A DNA stretch of 64,000 nucleotides, from positions 32,001 through 96,000 of IMG/VR virus record IMGVR_UViG_3300025018_000111; one strand, 5' to 3'. Of this stretch, positions 39,759-48,560 are shown one piece after another (positions within the stretch are counted from its first letter, which is position 1; each line of letters begins with the position of its first letter). Source of the stretch: a virus. Position numbers and translations under genes: made by a program. The notes under the pieces are model-generated. The model made no database searches. It saw only the letters and a list, made by a program, of their open reading frames with translations, and was not told the origin of the DNA.

Positions 39759-42700
39759 TCAGGAATTTAGAATGCTTGCAAGAGTTTTGTACGCTATTCC
39801 ATTTCTCATTAAAACAATATAATCTCCAACTCCAGTCCCACTTCCGGCGTCAAGTTCATCCAAATCATGAGGATTAAAATCTATATAAACATTGGAAGAG
39901 TCTGTTCTTATAGAAACTCCAGACCCTCCCGTCAAAGTGCGACTATTGGGCAAATCTCCGGCTGAGGAAAGTAAAACATATTCATTGCCGGTAGCAGCAC
40001 CGACTCCCCTTCTGGATATTTCGACAGTATTGCTCATTCCGATTCCAGTTCTGTGTCCCTCGTTCCCTGCGCTAATAGCAAAAGAGTCGAATCTATCCAT
40101 TAGGCTGATGCTAATATATTGAGAATTCACAGTGTCGGACAATTTTGCATCTGCGGTATAAACATTTCCAAATCCAAAAGACTCGGCATCTAATGGAACT
40201 TCCACATATCCGATTCCAGTATCCCCAGAATAAGCATTTCCGCTTGTAAAATCCGACGCGCTGTAATAGACAAACGCTCCATACATATCCCTCATATTTT
40301 GCGGAAGCTCTGTCAGTCCAGAAGAACCACTAACGATAGAGAATTTTATGCTTCCATCTGTCGATATCCACTGATCTGTTGCTATTTGAGATCCATAAGC
40401 GTTGATTGATACCTCAGTCGTTTCCCCAGCTGCTCGATCTGTCAATCTGTATCCGGTTATAGGATAATTATTGACTTCTAAAATATCGTATCCGTTACTG
40501 TTTGACCAAGTTTCTGAAGAAACGTGAGGATAACTGATATTTGGGTCTAATTGGTTCCCTGCCGACGTTTTATAGTCTGTCGGGTTATATGACTCTACAA
40601 CAACGTCATAATGCCTGTGTGGACCTCCTATGCTGTTTAAGCTGTTTACAGTCATATTGTAAACGTAACTAGGAGACGTATCCGACAAAAATGGAGACTG
40701 AAATCCAGTTTCCTGATAATAGATAGTAGAACTAGGAGTATTTGAACTGCTTGGTTCTCTGATGGAAATTCTGTATGTATTATTTCTTTGAATCAAAGAA
40801 CTTGTATAACCTACTTGCCAACTAAAAGCTGGGGATTCTGAAACATATTCCTCAAAAAGAGTTGTTCCACTATCGTTGTAAAAATCCGTATTTTTTAAGA
40901 TTGTAGATGGATCAATTTGTAGAGAGCTAATGATCGTGCTTTCGACTGGAGTAATCCCAGATACAGTGATAGAAGAAGAAGTGTAAGAAGAGCTTCTGGC
41001 ACCCTCTATTGATACCGAATAAACCCTAAAATAATAAACACCATTTTCTATCGTACTATAAACTCCAGACGTTGTAGTTTTCGACAATATGATACTCGCC
41101 TCATCGGACGACGGATTAGGTTCCGATCCTATTTTTACGAAAACCTCGTAATGACTCAGTAATGATGATGAAATTGCGTCAAATTCAAAACTAATATCTC
41201 TAGAAACGGGGTCGTAAGATAATGACAGGTTATTCGGTCCATTTAATATTGAATTTTGAACAGTCTCAGAGTATTCGGGGGTGATCTCAGAGGAAATTGT
41301 GTCAAATTTATTTTCCAGATATTCCAATCCCATTATCTCATACTTATGATCCTCAGTTTGTGATATATTCGCACAAGTATAATAAGAGTATTGATTGGTC
41401 TCTAGTCCAATATCTTCCGAACCATAAGATTCCCCAGATGCCAAATTAACTGTCCAGATATTGTTATTCGTAAACAGATCGTAATTGTTAAAGTCAAAAA
41501 CTCCGCTAGAAGGAAATGTTATTCTGGTTCTTCCGTCAGAAAGAGATGAAAAGTACGAATCATTCACATCCGCAGTCTGGATATAGTTCCTTTTTATGTT
41601 AGAATAATCGGATGACGATTCGATATTAACAAGGACTGGATCGTATTTAAATGTTGATCCTAAAACTTTGATTTCATAATTCTTCCCGCTTGCGTAAGAT
41701 AATTGTCTGTCAAGATCGAGAACCAGTCCTGTTCCAGTGGTGAAGCATTGTAAGATCCTTCCAGCCTCATAAAATCCCTTTCTATTAGAATCATGTACTT
41801 GAAACAAATCCCCAATTCTGAGAGTCTGCGCCTCTAGTCCTGCTACAAAACTCACAGTTTCTTTTTGCTTACTAGATTCAAGAGTCCATCTCCCCGCTCT
41901 TATAGCCTGCCCTCTACTTGTTGTTGCAAAACTTGTTAGTTCAACCTCTTGGATTCCGTATCTTTTGATCCCGTCCGTATCCTCGATATATTCAAAGTTT
42001 GGTCGATAATAGTTGTTCTTATCGCTATATCTTACTATCGCGGTGGTATATCTATTCTTTTTGCTAGTAGAAAAGTATTTGAAATTTCCATCCTCAACAT
42101 TAGCATTAGTAAAGGTATAAACAGGATCTCCCTTGTATCTATCTTGAGAAAAGAATATTGATCCACCTTGATAATAGGGAATCCCGTTAAAAACACTTGA
42201 AAGATCGTTGATGACCTTATACGCCTCCTCTTTTGATCCGATATAACTATTACAAGCGAATCTAGGCTCTAATCCTCCCTCTCCATCCGAAACCAAGGTG
42301 TCACAATTTTTAGCTATTTGATATAAGTCCCATTTGCTTGCCGAAAGATCAGATTCGGAAATTCTTCTTCCAAGTCCGTATGTCTTATCGGTCATTATAT
42401 CATAAACGACCCACGCTGGATTATTTGAGTACTCCTTGTCCGTTTTAAACTCTCCGTTCCAATAGTCAGAACCTTGTGTTCCGGTTGTTGTGGACAAGGT
42501 TGAATCTCCATAAGACCTTAATTCTGGATCGTAGTTGTTCGGAACCTTGATCTTTTTGAGTCTCATGTGATAGTATCTACTCGGAATACCGTTAAACTCT
42601 CTTGCGTCAAACTTTGTTCTTGCTACGCTACACTTTGGATATAAAAAGTTATTCTCATAAATTTCAGTAATAGCCTCGACAAAACTCTTATTTTGAAGGT

Positions 42701-43568
42701 ATGTGCTTGTACTATCTTCCGTTTCTCTAATGATCTTAATTTCCCAAGCGACAAAATCCGATTCATTAGTGAAAGAAGAGAAGTCGATTCTAGATCTTCT
42801 TATATAGTCGGTATTAATATTTCCTTCTATCTTTTCCTCTTTAGCAAGAACGAATTCTTTGATTTTGTTTGGATTTGCGTAGATAGCTCTGTAGTAAATA
42901 GAATAGATTATCTCAGTTGCATAAGTGTTAAGTTCTGTTGAAACGACTTGTTTGTAAAGAGCCGGAACCCTTATATCAACATAGCATGAGGAAACGTCCC
43001 TGTTCGTGATCCTATAAGTCTTTGCATAATCATCACTATACGGATTTACTCTGCTAACAATAGGATTTGATGCCGCTCTAAGTCTTTCCCCTATAGGCCG
43101 CGTAATTGTTATTTCATTGTTAGAGCTACTGTCTGTTAGAAGGTATCCATCGTCAGTTCCTCTGCTTACTGAAACGTTAAAACTTGAAAAATTATATTTA
43201 CCATCACTATCTACCAAGGGAATTTCGTTCCAAAAGATAGACCTAAGCCAAGGAACATCTGCTAGTCCGCTTGGAGTAGAATAAGGGGTGAAACTTTTAG
43301 ATGACCAACCAATATTCCCTTCTGTTCCAGAGTAGGAATAGTAACCACTCACAAGTCCATGAACCTCCCCTTCTGATATTAGGTCATAAGTCTCTATAGA
43401 GCTGAATGATAATGCGGATACAGATTCCTCCAAACCTCCTCTGTCAAAAGAATAACGCTGACCCAATGTTGGAATTGCTGGACCGCGCTCAGGTACCGGC
43501 GGAGAAAAAACAAAAGATCCTCCGTCGTAGTCTTGATAAATTCCCTCTGTAGCCGTAAATCCTGCCAT
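39759..43568 (-). CDS. Tail tip/central fibre protein J (lambda gpJ-like)
   Basis: DLISEGEVHGLV, VPNNYDP, WNGEFK, YSNNPAW, YGLG, EPRFACN, FTNANV.DG.F.Y, TSRGQAIR.GRW; FN3-like segment. Confidence 0.92.
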   Translation of the reverse strand: MAGFTATEGIYQDYDGGSFVFSPPVPERGPAIPTLGQRYSFDRGGLEESVSALSFSSIETYDLISEGEVHGLVSGYYSYSGTEGNIGWSSKSFTPYSTPSGLADVPWLRSIFWNEIPLVDSDGKYNFSSFNVSVSRGTDDGYLLTDSSSNNEITITRPIGERLRAASNPIVSRVNPYSDDYAKTYRITNRDVSSCYVDIRVPALYKQVVSTELNTYATEIIYSIYYRAIYANPNKIKEFVLAKEEKIEGNINTDYIRRSRIDFSSFTNESDFVAWEIKIIRETEDSTSTYLQNKSFVEAITEIYENNFLYPKCSVARTKFDAREFNGIPSRYYHMRLKKIKVPNNYDPELRSYGDSTLSTTTGTQGSDYWNGEFKTDKEYSNNPAWVVYDIMTDKTYGLGRRISESDLSASKWDLYQIAKNCDTLVSDGEGGLEPRFACNSYIGSKEEAYKVINDLSSVFNGIPYYQGGSIFFSQDRYKGDPVYTFTNANVEDGNFKYFSTSKKNRYTTAIVRYSDKNNYYRPNFEYIEDTDGIKRYGIQEVELTSFATTSRGQAIRAGRWTLESSKQKETVSFVAGLEAQTLRIGDLFQVHDSNRKGFYEAGRILQCFTTGTGLVLDLDRQLSYASGKNYEIKVLGSTFKYDPVLVNIESSSDYSNIKRNYIQTADVNDSYFSSLSDGRTRITFPSSGVFDFNNYDLFTNNNIWTVNLASGESYGSEDIGLETNQYSYYTCANISQTEDHKYEIMGLEYLENKFDTISSEITPEYSETVQNSILNGPNNLSLSYDPVSRDISFEFDAISSSLLSHYEVFVKIGSEPNPSSDEASIILSKTTTSGVYSTIENGVYYFRVYSVSIEGARSSSYTSSSITVSGITPVESTIISSLQIDPSTILKNTDFYNDSGTTLFEEYVSESPAFSWQVGYTSSLIQRNNTYRISIREPSSSNTPSSTIYYQETGFQSPFLSDTSPSYVYNMTVNSLNSIGGPHRHYDVVVESYNPTDYKTSAGNQLDPNISYPHVSSETWSNSNGYDILEVNNYPITGYRLTDRAAGETTEVSINAYGSQIATDQWISTDGSIKFSIVSGSSGLTELPQNMRDMYGAFVYYSASDFTSGNAYSGDTGIGYVEVPLDAESFGFGNVYTADAKLSDTVNSQYISISLMDRFDSFAISAGNEGHRTGIGMSNTVEISRRGVGAATGNEYVLLSSAGDLPNSRTLTGGSGVSIRTDSSNVYIDFNPHDLDELDAGSGTGVGDYIVLMRNGIAYKTLASILNS

Positions 43569-43571
43569 ATC

Positions 43572-44525
43572 TTAACCTTGCAATGTCGCTGAGTATTGTG
43601 CCGGAGAGTCTGACGCTAAAAATGATGACATCTGCTGTTGAACCTGATACCAATAGATGAAATATTTAGAGAAATATAAGTTGTGATACTGTTGCTTTCT
43701 ATAATTATCTGGATGAACCATCCAATAAGGGATTCTCAAAAACTGATCGTACCAAACTAAATCCGATTGATATTCTTCGGACGCTAAGTAATTGACGGCC
43801 CAATCGTACTGACTCGCCTTATCCACGATTATAATTCCAGAATCGGTTTTGTTAAAATCATTATCATCTCTCAAGATATAGTCTCTTACCTGCAAATTTT
43901 GAGCAATGACATTCGATCCCACGATTAACTCTCCATATCCCAATGGAACCGGCCCCCCCTCTGAAACCGTATTAACCGGACCTCCAAATAGATAACTATC
44001 TCTTTGTGAACTTTCAATATCTCCAAATGGCTCAAACTTTGGAGGCTTGCTCAGAAGTATCATCGCTCCAGCGGCAGCAAGTCCTAATCCCGCTACAATC
44101 AAAGTTCCCGATGTGAGTCCAAATCCCAATGTTATCGCGCCAGCGGCAGCTCCAACTCCCGTTGCAATTAAAGCTACAGCAGCCACAATTAAAACTATCC
44201 CCAATATATTTTTATCTGATCCACTGAGAGATGGAATAATATCTATCGTTTCCAACGATTCGTAACTCATCATCAGTTCAGAATTTTTAATATCCTCAAC
44301 CTCTTTAATATCTCTAGGAGGATTGATATTCTTCTCGTTAACCAGAACCTCATACTCTTTGGATGTGTTCTTTTCGTCACCTAAATATTTAAACAATTTT
44401 CCGCCAGACATGATATCAATAGCCCTAATAGCCTCAGCAGCAGAATTAACTTTCAATTCCCAAACTTTTCTTCCTAAAAATTCCCCGAGAGAATCATGGA
44501 GATTAACTTTTACCAAATTGTTCAT
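43572..44525 (-). CDS. Tail assembly protein I (lambda gpI-like)
   Basis: SAAEAIRAI, hydrophobic Gly/Ala segment, SYLFGGPVNT..EGGPVPLGYGELIVGS. Confidence 0.9.
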   Translation of the reverse strand: MNNLVKVNLHDSLGEFLGRKVWELKVNSAAEAIRAIDIMSGGKLFKYLGDEKNTSKEYEVLVNEKNINPPRDIKEVEDIKNSELMMSYESLETIDIIPSLSGSDKNILGIVLIVAAVALIATGVGAAAGAITLGFGLTSGTLIVAGLGLAAAGAMILLSKPPKFEPFGDIESSQRDSYLFGGPVNTVSEGGPVPLGYGELIVGSNVIAQNLQVRDYILRDDNDFNKTDSGIIIVDKASQYDWAVNYLASEEYQSDLVWYDQFLRIPYWMVHPDNYRKQQYHNLYFSKYFIYWYQVQQQMSSFLASDSPAQYSATLQG

Positions 44526-45222
44526 GCCTTAAAAAAATCTTAGATAATTTCCTGTAATCGTCAGAGTATATCTGAATACACGATTGAGTATTGTTCGGAT
44601 GATGAAGGATCTCGTTATTCCCAAGGTAAATCATCAAGTGGCAAGGAATATTCGTTTTTGGATCTTCAATCACTATTATATCATGTTTTCTCAACTCGTT
44701 TGACGTTATTTCGTAAAATCCCTCTTTTTTAAAATTATCAGTGATTAGATGAGGATCATTCGATTTCCAAAATTTATTTCGAGAATAGTCTTTGATTTTG
44801 ATAGCAAACTCATTGAAAAAATAATCTCTGACTAGAGAAAAGCAGTCATTATATCCAATATTAAAGTTTTTACCGATATAGTCTGATACTATATTTTTCG
44901 GATCATAATAGGAAAAGTCCTTGGATTTAACCGAGTATATTAGAAACTTATAACTACAACTGTCACTTTTCTGTTTGTCCAATTCAGAAGGTGCGCTGTC
45001 AGATACGATATGAGAATGAACAACATACAATATCTTTGATTCTACTTTCACTTTAAGAAAATCCCTAGTTCTTATCTTAAATTGAAAATCGTCTGGACTT
45101 ACATTCTTGCACTTTTTAAACTTTACAGAACCTTCTGATAAAACCACAAATCCGCAAATCTCTCTGTCAGGAGAAGATTCACTATATTCTTTAATTTGGT
45201 CTAGTATGGATTGTTCGAGCAT
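44503..45222 (-). CDS. Tail tip protein K (JAB/MPN plus NlpC/P60)
   Basis: EICG and HSH...PSELD (JAB); DCFSLVRDY and HLMIYLG..ILHH (NlpC/P60). Confidence 0.92.
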   Translation of the reverse strand: MLEQSILDQIKEYSESSPDREICGFVVLSEGSVKFKKCKNVSPDDFQFKIRTRDFLKVKVESKILYVVHSHIVSDSAPSELDKQKSDSCSYKFLIYSVKSKDFSYYDPKNIVSDYIGKNFNIGYNDCFSLVRDYFFNEFAIKIKDYSRNKFWKSNDPHLITDNFKKEGFYEITSNELRKHDIIVIEDPKTNIPCHLMIYLGNNEILHHPNNTQSCIQIYSDDYRKLSKIFLRHEQFGKS

Positions 45223-46289
45223 TATCTGATCCTGTTAACTCCTTTAAAAGATCCGATTGGCAAATTGCCATTTTTGACTTCGGCCCCATCGGCTCCGGCC
45301 CCATACCTTAATTTACAACCAGATATTTTTTGAGAACACAAATCGGCAATCCAGTAAGTAGAGTTTGGCGGGATTTTCCCAGTTGGTACTGTGATCTTGG
45401 CGACGAAATAGTAATTTATACCATTTTTACTAATATAAACTTGATCTCCTTTGGAATACCCAAGAGTTGACGACCATTTTCCTCTGTCGGTGATCCCAAC
45501 ATAAGACGGATCAGAGGGGAGAATATCATCGTTTAATAGAAGTAAGATAGACTCGTCGTTCCTATTGGCTACCGAGATGGCCCTAGACGGAAGAGTCGCT
45601 GTTCCATGTTCATCAGTGTTTTTTCTAGAACTATACTCATAAACACACCCACATCCTCTATATTGAAATCGGCAATAATCATTAGTAATGATACTATTGG
45701 GAAGATAAACATGTTCAAAATCTAAAGGAGAACTCAACTCAAATCCAAGAGTATATTTGTCTTCGCTTGTTTTTCTCTCAACATAAAAAACCTCTCTGGA
45801 CAATTCGCAATTTTCATCAGGATCAAAGTCGGGAGGAGTCCCATTTGGAAAATTGACTAAAGGAAGTTTGTTGGCAAAAGTCCTATATCTTGTCACTTTC
45901 GCTCCGGCTAAGTCCCCAATAATGTTTAAGTTAGTTTTAAACGAAGAAAAAGCTGCCAACCCAGACTCAGAAACAGTCATTGTTAGTTGAGGCTTGGGGA
46001 GAGTCCCATCTCCTTTCTGCGCAAAGTCTGTGGCGTTTATAGGAAGAGGATAATAGACTTTATTTCTCCAGACGATATTTTGACCAATTAACTTTGGATT
46101 ATTGTGGAACCTAAAAAAACTAGACCCATCTATGGAAGTGTCTATGGATTCAATTATATTCAAGTCGAAAAGAATATCGGAAATGTCAATCTCAAACAAA
46201 TCTACAATGCTCTGTACTTCTAAAGATTGGCTAATTTTAGATGCTGATTTTAAGGAAGATTCTGATTGGGACTTGGATATAGTGGACAT
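45222..46289 (-). CDS. Minor tail protein L (lambda gpL-like)
   Basis: LFEID, GTLPKPQL, GAKVTRYRT, FELSSPLD, and Fe-S cysteines CRFQYRG..C and CSQKISGC. Confidence 0.92.
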   Translation of the reverse strand: MSTISKSQSESSLKSASKISQSLEVQSIVDLFEIDISDILFDLNIIESIDTSIDGSSFFRFHNNPKLIGQNIVWRNKVYYPLPINATDFAQKGDGTLPKPQLTMTVSESGLAAFSSFKTNLNIIGDLAGAKVTRYRTFANKLPLVNFPNGTPPDFDPDENCELSREVFYVERKTSEDKYTLGFELSSPLDFEHVYLPNSIITNDYCRFQYRGCGCVYEYSSRKNTDEHGTATLPSRAISVANRNDESILLLLNDDILPSDPSYVGITDRGKWSSTLGYSKGDQVYISKNGINYYFVAKITVPTGKIPPNSTYWIADLCSQKISGCKLRYGAGADGAEVKNGNLPIGSFKGVNRIR

Positions 46290-46292
46290 ATT

Positions 46293-46805
46293 TTAGATTA
46301 CAACCTCTTCAAATGTCGCAGATACGTTAAAATTATCATAAAAAACAGGAGACGATGTATAATTTCTACAAACAAAGAGTTTTTCCGAATCGTAAGGAGC
46401 ATTTCCTATGAAGATAAAACTTATATAGCCTTTCATTCTAAACAAAAAGTTGAGAATTGCCTCGGTTTCATACAAATCTCTCGAATTAAATGACAAATCT
46501 ATATTTAACAATTCATTATTTATTCCATCCTGAGTTCTTTGCTCATATCCATCTCCAAATTTAATGGCCTTGCTCTTAGGAGAATGATTTACGCTCTTAT
46601 TATAACTAGGAATCCAAATAAATTTAGGTTTTTCTTGACCAGTTTTTGAAAAAGTTGCGTATCCTCCCCATTTGTCAGTCTCGAAAGAGGATGTGGAAGT
46701 GTGAGATACTAGAGAATAGTAACTCTTAGAATTGTAGATGACTCTACCGTTCTTTTGATAATATGTTGATTGCGCCCAACTAGACGGAGTTGAATCGTAG
46801 CTCAT
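46293..46805 (-). CDS. Minor tail protein M (lambda gpM-like, distal tail)
   Basis: KFGDGYEQR..DGINN, FL...GY.SF, SATFEEV. ATG at 46805. Confidence 0.88.
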   Translation of the reverse strand: MSYDSTPSSWAQSTYYQKNGRVIYNSKSYYSLVSHTSTSSFETDKWGGYATFSKTGQEKPKFIWIPSYNKSVNHSPKSKAIKFGDGYEQRTQDGINNELLNIDLSFNSRDLYETEAILNFLFRMKGYISFIFIGNAPYDSEKLFVCRNYTSSPVFYDNFNVSATFEEVVI

Positions 46806-46823
46806 TTCCTTGTTCCTACAAAT

Positions 46824-46849
46824 AAAATACACTAAGAATAGTGTATTTT
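46824..46849. promoter_or_regulatory. Back-to-back divergent GTGTAT promoters forming a perfect 11-bp inverted repeat
   Basis: AAAATACACTA-agaa-TAGTGTATTTT between divergent genes. Confidence 0.7.
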
Positions 46850-46858
46850 CAAGGAGAG

Positions 46859-47704
46859 ATGAGCAAGGTTACTGAAAAATATAAGATAGAAAAAGACAAT
46901 CAGTATGTATTTTTGAACTCTTTAAAATTAAAAGGGGTTCAAAATGTCTCAGCCTCTTATCAAAAAAATTTATCTTTGGCGGACTATTTTGGTAACAATG
47001 AGATCATCCAGCTTCCAAACGAAGAGCCGAATGGCCAATGTTCAATCAACAGCCTCTATATAACTTCAGATCCGTACATTCAATATACTGGGGATATTGG
47101 GACTAGCTTTTCGATATTAAGATCAGTTGGGAGTTATGAAAATAATTTTTCATTTACTTCTGGTTTTATGGTATCGTATTCTCAGCAATGTGGAATAGGA
47201 GAGATTCCGTCAATTTCTACCACTTGGAATTCTTACGGAGATATAGGAGGGTTAAGTACAGGAGAAAATATAAATCTATCCACAATCACATCTGGAGATT
47301 ATTTAGAATTGTCTCAAAATATAGTTGGATACAATGGAATTGGGATCTCTATAGATGATTTTACAACCAACAGAGTGATGCAGTATTCCCTGTCTATTCA
47401 GTGTCCGAGAAACCCTAAATATGTAGTAGGTCAAATTAGGCCGAGATATGTTTTACAAACTACTCCGATTCAGATCGACATATCTTTCGAGTACGAAATC
47501 GACAATTACGAATTAGATTCTCTGAGACAAGATCCATGCAATCCCACTTCTAAGAATATAACTATAACCGCTAAGAATTACCAAACTAAGAATACCATAT
47601 TGTCATATTCATTTTCGGATATGAAATTGATTTCGGAAGATTATTCTTCCAACACTGAATCCTACGTGACCGTTTCTGCTAACTACAGAACTTTTTTAAA
47701 CTAA
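46859..47704 (+). CDS. Tail-tube-like protein (paralog 4)
   Basis: GVQNV, FTSGFMVSYS...IGEIP and VMQYSLSI...R.P...VG resemble the tube paralogs; AAGGAG before ATG 46859. Confidence 0.5.
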   Translation: MSKVTEKYKIEKDNQYVFLNSLKLKGVQNVSASYQKNLSLADYFGNNEIIQLPNEEPNGQCSINSLYITSDPYIQYTGDIGTSFSILRSVGSYENNFSFTSGFMVSYSQQCGIGEIPSISTTWNSYGDIGGLSTGENINLSTITSGDYLELSQNIVGYNGIGISIDDFTTNRVMQYSLSIQCPRNPKYVVGQIRPRYVLQTTPIQIDISFEYEIDNYELDSLRQDPCNPTSKNITITAKNYQTKNTILSYSFSDMKLISEDYSSNTESYVTVSANYRTFLN

Positions 47705-48558
47705 TGCTAGAAGCGAAGAATTGCAATATATCTATCAATAATACAGGAATTATGGCACAATCGGTGTCTATAAACTCCTCTAATTCCACTTTTCCGGTTC
47801 AGAGCATCGGAAAAAAAGGGTTTTCTAGATATATAGCAAATGGCCCGATAACTCATTCCGTTTCAATTGACTATATTTTGAAAACGGATGACGAGCCGAA
47901 TTACAATATTTTTAACTCAATAAAGTCCCACATTAACTCAAGCTCATTTCAAAAATGCGATATAGTTATGGGAGGAATATCCGGCTCATTTTATTTGGAC
48001 TCATATTCTGTAAGTTCCTCCCCTAATAATCTGACGACTGCTAAAGCAACTTATATTTCATTTGAAGAATCTCTTAGTGGATACTTAAACGATTCTAAAA
48101 TAACAGACGGAAGTTTGAATTATGTTGGATCTACAACCGGATTTTCAAACGGATGGAGTACATACTTTTACGAAAACGAAGAGTTGTCACAAAGCTCGGT
48201 TTATGATTTCTCCTATTCATTTAGAGCGTCTTGGGAGCCTTCTTATGTCATGGGATCTAGGGTTCCGTCTCAGGTTGATTTAATGGAATACTCAGAGTCT
48301 ATTTCGGTAGTCAGAGACATATATACCAAACCCGTTTTCTCTGGAGATCCATTATACTTCTCTCAAGATATTAGTGGGAATTTTAATGGAACTAATAGAA
48401 ATTCCGAACTCAGAGTGTATGGATTGTGGAAGCTTTGTGGTGGAGATGGTAGTTTCTTAAATTTTTCCCTATCTGGATCAAGCATCACATCTTCCACGGT
48501 TAGTTATTCTCTTGGCGATACAATTCTAACAGAAACGACTGCCTTTAATATCGGATAA
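47704..48558 (+). CDS. Tail-tube-like protein (paralog 5)
   Basis: YLDSYSV..SPN and DFSYSF.A.WEP.Y..G match the N-half of the next gene. Confidence 0.4.
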   Translation: MLEAKNCNISINNTGIMAQSVSINSSNSTFPVQSIGKKGFSRYIANGPITHSVSIDYILKTDDEPNYNIFNSIKSHINSSSFQKCDIVMGGISGSFYLDSYSVSSSPNNLTTAKATYISFEESLSGYLNDSKITDGSLNYVGSTTGFSNGWSTYFYENEELSQSSVYDFSYSFRASWEPSYVMGSRVPSQVDLMEYSESISVVRDIYTKPVFSGDPLYFSQDISGNFNGTNRNSELRVYGLWKLCGGDGSFLNFSLSGSSITSSTVSYSLGDTILTETTAFNIG

Positions 48559-48560
48559 TT

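Noticed and set aside
38865-46849. Actively invertible tail cassette
   Set aside because: No recombinase is present, and I found no matching inverted repeats at the two ends. The palindrome occurs only at one end.
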